From: Piromyces finnis finn
Taxonomy: Eukaryota > Fungi > Neocallimastigomycota
Reading direction: 5' to 3'
Length of the DNA stretch: 64,000 nucleotides
Assembly: GCA_002104945.1 (NCBI GenBank)
Contig: MCFH01000010.1
Coordinates: forward strand, 310,001-374,000
A program made the translations under genes and the position numbers. Positions 14,230 through 33,515 of the stretch are shown piece after piece. The notes under the pieces are model-generated. The model saw only the letters and a program-made list of their open reading frames with translations. It had not been told where the DNA came from and made no database searches. Every line of letters begins with the position of its first letter. Position 1 is the stretch's first letter.

Positions 14230-17200
14230 TTATTTAGCAACATTTTCAGTAAAACATGATGTAATTAATGACATTTGTTCTTGATATTGTGATAATTTAC
14301 TCTTAACATCATTAAGCATTTTAGTCATTCCTTCGGATGATGTGTTTTCATCTAATATTACATTCTTTTCTACTCTTTGATAAATTTGGTTAAGTATTTC
14401 AGTTGTTTTTTCCATTTCATAATTAGTCAAAGTTTGATGAATAACTTCTGTTTCCAAAGTAGCCTATATTAAAAATTTTTAAAAAAAATTAATAATTTGG
14501 AGAATTTCGTTGCTTAAATATTAATTTGTATTATTTATTTACTTGAAGCATTCCAGCAACACTATAATGATCAATTTCTCTGAAAGCTTCTAATAAATCC
14601 TGAACAAGATTTAAAAAAATTTCAGATAACATTGTATGTTGCAATTTTCGTGATATATCAGTAATTTGAGAATGGATTTTTACAATTTCAATAATTAATT
14701 TAGTAATATATGGTGAAACCTCTGTATACAAATATTTATTATATATAATATTTTATTCATTTAATATAATATATATAAATATATAAAAATAAAGAGTATA
14801 TATAAAACATTATTCATTATTTTTACCATGAGGGACTGTAATATAATACCAATCAAAACCACTATATAAAATACCATTTCTAACAATAACACGGATTTTT
14901 ATTAATTTTTTCTTTAGATAATTTTCAAATAATTCGCTATTTAAAAATTTTGATGATTCATATAATTCATTAACTTTTTCTTCGGAGAGACATCTAAATG
15001 AATTTTCATAAAATGTTTTAATTTTTGGGAATATAACTTCATTATAAGCCATAATATTACTCATTATGACTAAAGTTTTGACATCCTATATAAAAAATAT
15101 AATTAAATATTTTTTAATGCTTTTTATTTATTTATTTATTTATAATTAAAACTTATAACTTACATTATTTTTAATGTCAAACTTTTTATTTGGTTTTTTA
15201 TGATGATCGACCATTGTTGTTGCTGAACTAATATTTACTGTATTTAATTCACTACTAATTGAATCATTTAATACTCCAATACTACCAATATCTTCTCCTG
15301 AATTATTTTCATTTGCTTTAACATTTGTTGTACCAATTAATGGGTTATTCAATTTTTCGCTTTCAATAACTTCAAGAATTTCTGATTCCGATGCAACAGA
15401 AAGAAAATGAAAACTATCTAATAATGCAAAATTGGATTTAATAACACAAGTTTCAATTAATTTTATTAACTTTTCGTGTAATTCAATATCATCTTCTAAT
15501 TTATAGAAATCGAAATTAGATTTGGAAGATTTCACTGAAAACATTGAATTTGTTCTTTTACTATTTTTACTTAGATTGTCATTTAAAATGATTGATTCTT
15601 GTGAAGTATGGAGTTTTGTTATAACATTTAATGTTCTTATTATAAATTTAAGGAAGTTATAGAATAATTTAATATATAAAGTTGTATTTGATTTTTCATA
15701 TGTTGTTGATTCTGTTTCTTTTGATATTACTGATATTGGCTTCCTAGTAAGTGTTGATATAGGAAATAATGAACTATCTTCAGATGCTTTTAACCTTAAA
15801 TTAACATATATATCATCATCCATGATCCAATTTTCATACTTAAAGAAAGTTTTAGATTCTTTTTATTAAAAATCAAATATTATATATATATTCAAAATTT
15901 AAATTTTAGGGTTATTTTTGAGTTTTATTTCAATTAAAATTTGTATTTATTATATTATAAAATTTTATTTTTACCTTGAATTGTATTTTTTGAAATAAGC
16001 TCAACTGCTCTTAATTTCAAATTATTAATTAAATCATGTAATGGGGATAAAATAATATCTTCTTTATTATATTTTAAAGCTTTTATTTTATTATATGTAC
16101 TTGAAATATTTTTTAAAATAATACTAAGGAAATAGCATGCAATTAATGGATGAGAATTAACAAATAAAGAACATTCTATAGGAATCATTTGTTTTTTAAA
16201 ATTTACAGAGAAGAGTACTTCCCCATTTTCCAATGAGTATTTTGAATCATTTTTATCAATATCATTTTTATTATCAACTTCATTAATTGAGTTATTTTCA
16301 TTTGAATCTATACTAATATTGTTTAATGAATTTAATTTAATTGGTGATGAAAAAATAGTATAGTCTTTATCTTCATTTTTTCTTATATTATTATTTGAAT
16401 TACTATCTATATTTATTGCAAGACTAGAACTACTTTTTAAATATTCATTACTTTCATCATTAGTAATATCCTTACTTTTACTAATTCCTTTTTCTTTATT
16501 AGCTTCAGCAAAAGCTGCATTACCAATTGAACTCATATGACTAATTGGATTATATAAAATTGATTTGGTTGTAGATGTATCAATAATGATACTATTTTGT
16601 TTTTCCTTTTCTTGTTCTTCGCTCATACCAATTACTCCTTTTCTTTTCTTTTTTTTTAAAGAATTATTTATTTGTGTTTTTTTTACTTTTTTTTCATCTT
16701 CCTTTTTTAATGGAATAACAATAATCTCTCTTTTTCCTTCCAATGAATTCTGACTTTCTAATGTAAATTCATTATCATCATCATCATCATCATCAGAACT
16801 ACTGCCATCATCACTACAATTTGCATAAAAATCACTGAATTTACTTTTTGTTTTTTCTGAGAGTTCTTCAAATGAATTATCCAAGAATAATATTTTAGAA
16901 ATAAGAATTGTGTATAATTCAACCATTTGTCTTATTATTAGTTGACATTTTTCAGCTCTATCATTTTCTTCTTTGGCTTCATTCTTTTTTTTTTTTGAGA
17001 ATGAATCCTAAAATAAATTTATTTAAAATTTTTAGTAAATATTAAATTTATAATTACATTAACTTTAATTAAATTTATCGCTTAAAATTTACCTGGTCAT
17101 ATCTTCCTTCTATATAGTGCATACAAAGTTTCCAATAGTCTGGAAGGAACTTCATTAAAACAGAGGATAACGTTTTAATAACTTTTGACATTTTCACCCA

Positions 17201-19942
17201 TATTTGACAATCATATTCATTTCCTTTTTACAATTATAATTATTAAAATTAATTAAACATTTATATTAAAAAAAATATTATATATATTACACAAAGCAAT
17301 TTTTTAAATACCTATATATGTTTCATAATTATTAATATTTGAATTTAAATTTATTATATCTCGTTGTAATCTTTTTATATCCATCTTTTGATATAAATGG
17401 GTTGGTGGTTTTTCGTTTTCATTTAATAAATCGATTAATATTTCCATAGAAACATTTTTTGTATTTGTTTGAGATTGTGATATATTAAATTTTTCTCCTG
17501 TATTATATATTTCTCTTTTTAGATCTATATTATATAATATATATTTTTAGTTTAAATAATTATAATCATTAAAGAATAAATATATTTTCTATTCGAATAA
17601 TATTAATAAAATAAAATAATTTACCTTTCATTTGAGAAACATGATCTGTAAATATTGATGATAGTAATCTTAAATTCCACTGAAATTGTTGATTTAAATA
17701 AAATGAAACTGGATCCCCTTTTGAATCAAGACTTACTAAATTGCTAGAATATTTATAAAATTTTAATTTTAGTATATATTTTATTTAATATTTATTTTGA
17801 ATAATACTATAGATATTATATAAGATTTCTTGAAATTAAATCAATTTATTATTAAATTTATTATTATTTACAATATATTTTTTTCTTGTATTTTCATTGG
17901 AACTGAAGGATCGGATAATTGGTCATATAAGTATTTATGTATTTGATTTATTGTTATATTTACTTCAGACCAAACTTTAAATTTTATTATATTTTTGTTT
18001 ATAGTAATATAATTATATTATATAAAAATATTTTAATATTTATTATAATCCATTTTACACTATTATTAAATTTGAATATATATAAAGAAATATTCTAAAT
18101 ACCTTCGTCAAATACTTTTTGTTGTCCTTCAGGTATTCTTGATGAACTAACAATTTGATATGATGAATCACTGTCATCTGTAAAAGATTGGATTAAATAC
18201 TTTCCTTTTTTATAATTTTTAACAGCATTGTCAATTTTTCTCTATATTATATTTTATATATTTGATTAAAATCTTAAAAATAAAAATAAAAAAATTATAA
18301 AAAAAATATTTAATTATTTATTACAAGTCTTAAACATTCTTGTAATTTTCTTGGTAAGTCAAAAAAGAATTTCCATCTTTCTAATATATTTAATGTAATT
18401 CTAATCTTTTCTGCTTTATTTCTTCTATCTAAAATAGGACCATATAAATCCTTTGCCATATCAATAACACCTTAATATATATATATAATATTTGTAAATT
18501 AATAAACATTTAATATATAATTTTTTTATTAATATTTCTTATGAATATACTTGATAATTTAGTATTAAATTGTTTGGTTCCCATTTCTTCTGATGATTCT
18601 CGTTTTTGTGTCTTAATATCTAAATAGAATGCTATATATAATAATTTATATTTAATTGATCATAATTTTAAATTTTTAACATAAATAAATTTTATATATA
18701 AAATGAATTATCAAAAACATTATTCAATTAATACAATCAATTGTTGCCTTGGAATTAACAAAATGTTCAAAATAGTTTTTTACTAGATTCTTTAAAATCT
18801 CAGTTCTTTGTTCTACTAAATTTCTTAAATTTTCGGATCCATTTTCTAAATCTCTATATGATGTTCCTCTATGAACTTCTTTTAAAAATAAAATTGGATC
18901 AAATTCTTTTCTTGAAATATTTAATCCTTGTTGATCTTAAATATTAATTATTTATTAATATTATATTAATAAATAATTTATTGTAAAGATATATATAAAA
19001 AAAGACAAATGATAATAAATATAAATGTAAGACTATAAAAAATTAATTTATTTTTAATAATAATAAAGTATGAAGATAAAATTTACTTATAGTTTGATTT
19101 ATATGTGCAAGAGTCTTCTTTCTTTGTATTCTATTACTATAATAATATTAAACAAAAAATTTTGAATGGTTTATTATATATTTTAAATTAATTTTTAAAT
19201 ATTTTCGAAATATTAATATATAATAAAAATAAAGAATATATAAAAAATATATACTTTAATACAGAGTCTTTTATTCCTAAAGGATCAGCATCATCTCCTA
19301 TAGCTACTTGTGTTTGTTGAATATCCTCTGAGCTTGAATTACAACTACCAGATAAATTAAAACTTGAATTGATATCAAATTTATTTAAAAGAATTGATAC
19401 TTCGCTGTCTTCATCATACCATTCCGATGGTGATAACGAATCAAGACTATAAATAATAATAATAATAATAATAATAATAATTAATAATCTATTTAAATAT
19501 ATTTGAATTCTATACTAATTAAATGAAATCTAGCTTTTTATATGGTATTAATATTATTTATATAAAAATTTTATTAATTATTTTATTCATTAACTAATAA
19601 TATTGAATTTATATAATATATTGAATATAAATGAATGTTTCATTTTATTTATATATATTTGATTTTTAATATTGTAATACTTTTAAAAATTCTGAAAATT
19701 GAAATATTTATATAAAAAAAATAATTATTTTCAAAATATGTGGATAGTGTGATATTTGTTATTTATTTATTTACCCATAAAAGTCAAGTATTGTTTCTAA
19801 TTTATATTTATAAATTAACATTATTATTAATTCGTTTTGGGAATATTTTAATTAAAATTTATTTTATTATTATACCTTCATTAAAATCTGTGTAGATTTC
19901 TTTATTATCTAATTCATAATTTGATTCACTATCAGATTCCAT
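14230..19942 (-). CDS. SEC5: Exocyst complex component Sec5/EXOC2, multi-exon
   Basis: Motifs ETILDFYGLDSLSPSEW, DADPLGIKDSV, FDPILFLKEVHRGTSYRDLENG..LKNLVKNYFEHFVNSKATID, LYGPILDRRNKAEKIRITLNILERWKFFFDLP, and C-terminal VAGMLQATLETEVIHQTL. ATG at 19942 (MESDSESNY). Confidence 0.9.
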
Positions 19943-20787
19943 TACAATTAAATTGTTTTCTTTTCATTAAAATTCATTAAATTTTTAATATATTAGATAT
20001 GTATAATAAATTATTTTAAGTATAATAAAAATAATATGTGAGCAATAATTAGATATGATATATGATGTATTAAATGATATTAAATAATCTTAATTTAAAT
20101 AACCGATTTATTATGAATTAATAAATTTAAATTTATAATTTCTTTATTATTTACCTAAATAAAATAGTTTATAGAATACTTTCTAAATATCACACATTGA
20201 ATTATATTCGAATAAAAAAATTTTTTTTAAATTTCTTTTTTTATATTTATTAAATTTATATTCTATTTTACTATTTTGTTCAAATATAAAACTAAATTAT
20301 ATTTTTTATACTATATACACTATATATATGAATTTTATATTTATTTTTGTTATTTTTTTAAAGTAAAAAAAAAAAGAAAAGAAAAAAGAAAAGATATATA
20401 TAAATTTAATTATGTAATAGTAATTTTAAAAATGTTTTTCTATCATTATTAAAAATTATTAATTTTATTATTTTTTTTAAATGGAAAATTTTAATTAATA
20501 AAATTTCATCTTAAATTTTTTTAAAAAACAAAAAAGAAATTTAAAATAAAAATTTATTATTGTTTGACAATTTTAATAAAATTTTTTATTTAAAAAACGA
20601 AAAATGTTTTGAAAATAATAAAATCAAAGATTGAGTAGTGAAAAGGAATAATAATATTAATAAATTAAACAAATATTTTTTATATAATAAATTAATATTT
20701 TATTATATACATTTTACAGTACTCTTAATATAAATTATATTAAAAGCATATTATCACATATTAATTAAAGAAAAAATAATAAAAAAA

Positions 20788-22221
20788 ATGGAGAAGTATA
20801 TTACAAAAACTTTTAAATCATATACTGTTTTAAGAAGTTATTCTACTTTTGTAAATAAAAGTAAAAAATTATTAGATATTATAAAACCTGGTGTAGTTGT
20901 CGGAAATGATTTATATAAACTTTATAATTATGCAAAAGATAATGGATTTGCCATTCCTGCTGTAAATTGTACTTCTTCTTCTACTGTTAATGCTACTCTA
21001 GAAGCAGCAAAGGAATTAAAAGCACCAATTATTATACAATTTTCAAATGGTGGTTCTGCATTTTATGCTGGAAAAGGTTTAAATAATAAAAATCAAGAAG
21101 CCGCAACAATAGGTGCTATATCTGGGGCACTTCATGTACGTCAGGTAGCAAAATCATATGGAATTCCTGTAATTTTACATTCTGACCATTGTGCCAGAAA
21201 GCTTTTGCCTTGGATGGATGGGATGATAAAAGCAGATAATGAATATTTTGAAATCCATGGTAAAAATAGTATATTATAAATAAATAATCCAATTTAGAAT
21301 ATAATTTTTAAGATTTCAAATTTCAAATTATAAATTAAATTTTTATTTATTATTATTGAAAAATTATTTAATAATAATAACTATTTATTTATTTCAAAAT
21401 TTCAATAATAATAATAATAATAATAATAACGTTCTTTTTAAAATTATTTTTTAAAATTACATTTATTAATAATTCATACCATTTTTGCCAACATTAATAT
21501 TATATTTATTAAAATAAATTTTTATATTTTTAATAATATAGGGGAACCGCTCTTTTCTTCTCATATGTTTGACCTTTCGGAAGAAAATAAAGAAGATAAT
21601 ATTAAAACTTGTATATCTTATTTCAAAAAAATGGCCAAAATAAATCAGTTTATTGAAATGGAAATTGGCATTACCGGGGGCGAAGAAGATGGTGTTGATA
21701 ATACAAATGCTAAAAATAGCTCATTGTATACTAAACCAGAAGATATATGGGATGTCTATCGTGAATTTAGTAAAGTTAGTCCATTTTTCACAATTGCAGC
21801 AGCATTTGGAAATGTTCATGGTGTATATAAACCAGGGAATGTTGTTTTACGACCAGATCTTTTGGGAAAACATCAAGAATATATTAGAAATAAAATAAAT
21901 TCTAAAGAAAAGAATCCAGTTTCATTTGTTTTTCACGGAGGTTCAGGATCAACAAAGCAAGAAATTCAAACTGCTCTTCAAAATGGTATTGTAAAAATGA
22001 ATATTGACACAGATACTCAATGGGCCTATTGGTCAGGTGTAAATAATTTTTATAATAAAAAAAAGGATTATCTTCAAAATCAAATTGGAAATCCGGAAGG
22101 TAATGATAAGCCGAACAAAAAATATTATGATCCTCGTTCATGGCTTAGAGAAGGTGAAAAATCAATGGTAGAACGTATTAAAGAAGCGTGTATTAATTTA
22201 AATAATGTCAACATATTATAA
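20788..22221 (+). CDS. FBA1: Fructose-1,6-bisphosphate aldolase, class II type A, two exons (intron 21261-21541), with an approximately 25-aa N-terminal extension
   Basis: AIPAVN, IIQFSNGG, VILHSDHC, the spliced junction HG|EPLFSSHMFDLSEE, EMEIGITGGEEDGV, FGNVHGVYKPGNV, FVFHGGSGS, KMNIDTDTQWAYW and PNKKYYDPR. The Zn-ligand and catalytic motifs are intact. Confidence 0.97.
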
Positions 22222-22608
22222 AAATATACTTTTTCAAAGCATATAGTAATAAAATTGTAACATATATATAATATAAGCAGAAAATATTATAAATATGAAA
22301 ATAATATATAAATTCAACATAAAGAAATAAATTTTTATCAAAATAAATAACTGAAAACTTAATAAATAAATTGATACCGCTTCTAAAAATTATTAGTTGG
22401 ATATTTATTAAAGTATTTTATAAGGTAACACTTACAATTAATTATTATCGTTATTATTATTTTATTATTATTATTATTATTATTATTCAAATAATTTAGA
22501 AATATATATTACACTACATTTAATATTAGTATCTATAAATTATATAAACTTATTAATTTATTTAAATATGATAAATATTATAAATATAAAAAAATTATTA
22601 AAAAACAT

Positions 22609-23598
22609 TTAAATAGCAAATTTAACTCTCTTTGTTTTCTTAGAAGACTTTTCAATTTTTTCAGACTTTTCAGATTCAATTGCTTCGGCAATTATTTTCT
22701 TATTCTAATATTTATATTTATATCAGTAATAAATTTATATAGTATTTGTATATTTAAATATATTTATTTACCTTTTTCTTCAATTTTGATTTTGACTTTA
22801 TTATAGATTTCATTTCCTCCTATTTTAAATATTTGTTATTTACATAAGTTTTTAATTTTCTAACTTTATTTATGTCAATAATTATAAAAATCAAATACCA
22901 ATTTTTGCTTTTTATCATCCTTTCTTTGTTGTAATTTTTGTTCTCTTTGTGAAAAATATTCATCTCTTGCTTTCTATTGAGTTTTTATATTTATATTGAA
23001 GGAAAAAAAAAACATTAATAATAATATAGAATTATAATTGATAAACATTATTAAATTAATAATTACTTGTTTTGTTAATTTCATATTAATTTTTGATTCT
23101 TCAGTATCATTAACAGTATCAATTAATTTTAGCATTGAATCCTTTTTTCCATATATTTTATTATTTTTTTAAAAAAAATGAAAATTATGATTAACAAATA
23201 GGAAATTTATATAAGTTAAAAAATTTTTTGAATATTATAAAATTTAATAAAAAATTTACCTCAGTAATATATTTTCCCTTCTTCTCAACCTTAACATATT
23301 ATAAGAAATTTATTTTTCATTTTAAATAGAAATATAATATTAATATATATTTAATACGAAATATTTATTTCATTTTTTAATGAAAAATATATATTATAAA
23401 TTTTAAAATTATATATTTTAAAATTACTTTTTCATCGTTATTTTTTCCTTTATTCTTTATACTTTTATTCTTTTTTTTATTATTATTTATTTTGCTTTGT
23501 AATTTCTTTTGATCTTTTGTAACTTTTAAATTTTCATCTTCTATTTTTGTTCTTTTTACAATTTCAAAATTATTATTTTGTACTTTTCTTTTGGCCAT
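22609..23598 (-). CDS. LOC1: Loc1-like 60S ribosome assembly/export protein, multi-exon
   Basis: Small basic protein with KVEKKGKYIT..KKDSMLKLIDTVNDTEESKINMKLTK..KARDEYFSQREQKLQQRKDDKKQKL and a C-terminal KKTKRVKFAI*. This resembles the fungal Loc1 pattern KKGK-F..M..I...VN...E..I..K..KAR..EEI. Recognised from memory of the family only. Confidence 0.6.
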
Positions 23599-24640
23599 TT
23601 TACTGTTAACTTTTAAAATTATAAAAAAAAAATGAAGAAATAATATATAATGATATATTTATTGGAAAAATTCCTTATATAAATAATTTGGAAATAAATA
23701 AATAAATGTTTCACAAAAAAAAAAGTTTTGTAATGGCGTATTATACATATTGTATATATAATACATTAAAAATGTTGTACAGAATTGAAATAAAAATATA
23801 ATTATTCACATGTTAATTTTCTATATATAAATATATATTTTTTTTATTTTAATTTAATAATTTATTAATTAAATTTTAAATGTCAACATTTAAAAAATTC
23901 AAAAGATAAAATTTAAAGATTTTTAAAGCTTAAAAAATACTAATCAAGCTAACTAAAAAAATATGTATTTTTTTGGTTAAATAAATAATGTAAAATAACA
24001 TTTCAAGTTATAAATAATATAATCATTTATTAGTAATTACTAAATAAATAAATATCGGAATTATTTGATGAAAGAAAAAAAGAAAATTAACTCTAAATAA
24101 AAGTATACATTAAATAATTCGAAAAATACATATACTTAAGAAGAAATTAGAAATTAGTAATAGCTGTTATATACATTTATTAATTTATTTACATTTATTT
24201 CTTATAATTGTTTTTATTTATATATTTAATATCTTTTATTTATAAAGACTATTAAAAAAAGAAATAAATAATAATAAGGAAAAAGTGTAAAAGAATTGTA
24301 ATAAATTATTATATTTTAGAAATTACTTTTTTTTATGTGAGTAAAAGTACAATATTAAATTTATAAAGTATAATAACAAAAAATAAAAATAAATATAATA
24401 ATAATAAATATATAATACTATTTTATTATTAAAATTGAAACTTTGTATATATATATATATATTTTTTTTTCCATTCATTCATTAAATTCTTTATTTTATT
24501 ATTTATATATTATTTATATTTATATTAATCTTTAATGTAGATATAAATATTTAATGAAATAAATAGTATATATATATATATATATTTAATTATAACTTTT
24601 AAAGGTCAATAATATAATATATATATAATAAAAAGTAAAA

Positions 24641-28293
<3,653 letters not shown>

Positions 28294-28867
28294 ATAAATT
28301 ATTTATATTCAAATTTATAATTTTCATTTATTTATATTTTTCTTTTGAACATTACATTTTCGTTATTTAACTTTTTTTTTAATAAATATTTATTATTTAT
28401 TGCTAATCATTTTTAAAAAAATAATTATAAATTTATTTTTAGAATATATAAATTCTTCTAACAAATAATAATTATTAAATCTAAAACAAAAATATATTAA
28501 AAAAAAAAAAAATTAAAAAAGGCTATCAACATTAATAAAATAAATAAATTAGAAATAAAATTAATAAAATTTTTCTATATATATATATATATTTTTTTTT
28601 TGACTCTATTTATTTTATTTTAATATATTTGATATTGATTTTTTTTAAATATCAAAAATTGAAAAGAAAAATGCATTAATGAAATTAATGTCAATGAAAA
28701 ATCTATTTATTTAATAAAAAGAAGATAAAGTTTTTAAAATTAATAATTACTAAATATTTTCTTATTTTTTACTACATATATATCTAAAATAAATGAATTT
28801 ATATTAAAGTATATTAAAATTATTAAATAAAGATTTTTTTTTCTTTACATTTTTCTATCTTTTTATT

Positions 28868-32654
<3,787 letters not shown>

Positions 32655-33515
32655 ATTAGTATTTATTTTTATTTGCAAATATATATATTTACTTTACTTT
32701 AAATTCTATTTTCAATAAATCAATTTTTATATTTAATAGATATAATGAAATGTTTTTTATTTAAAAATTATTATTTTTATATAGTTTTATAATAAAATAT
32801 TGTTAAATATCTTCGAATATATAATAAAATTTAATTTCGATTATTCTCTTAAAAAACAATAATAAAAACAATTTTTTTTATTCAATGTGGATTCGGAGTT
32901 ATTATTGAAATTAAAATAATTAATATAATTATATTTTATAATGTGAGAACACGTGATATAATGAGTGTATCACCAAAAATTTTTGGAAACATTTTTCTAT
33001 TTTATAGTTATAATTCTTAATAGCCAATGAAACTAAAGTAAAATTAAATTAATATTTTTTTTTCTTTTAATATAATATTCTTTAGGCCAAACAATTCTTT
33101 TTTCTTTATGCCTCCTCTATACTACAACTTATTAAAATTAAATATATGTTATGTTATAATTAAAAATTTTACCTTTCTAAATAAACAACAGAATTTCAAT
33201 TATTTTTGTCATAGCTATTAATGTATTTAATCATATTATATAATTATAATAATATAATATAATAGAGATAATTATTTAATATAAATTAATTGTATAAGCC
33301 ACATATTATTTATTACATTATTATTTTTTGAATATTATTATAAATAACCAAAAGTTTATTTCTTAATAATTATAATTAATTAATAGTATCAATTTTAAAT
33401 TTAATTTTAAAGTTTTAATCATTAAGAATATTTTTATATTTATAGGCCATTTATATTTTTTTTTTTTACTTTTTATTTTGTAGCAATAATAAAAATTATA
33501 TTATATTTCAAAAAT

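Noticed and set aside
20788-22221. Possible bacterial horizontal transfer of the aldolase (few introns, E. coli FbaA-like start)
   Set aside because: Diagnostic segments are fungal-type and a spliceosomal intron is present. A phylogeny would be needed to revive the idea.
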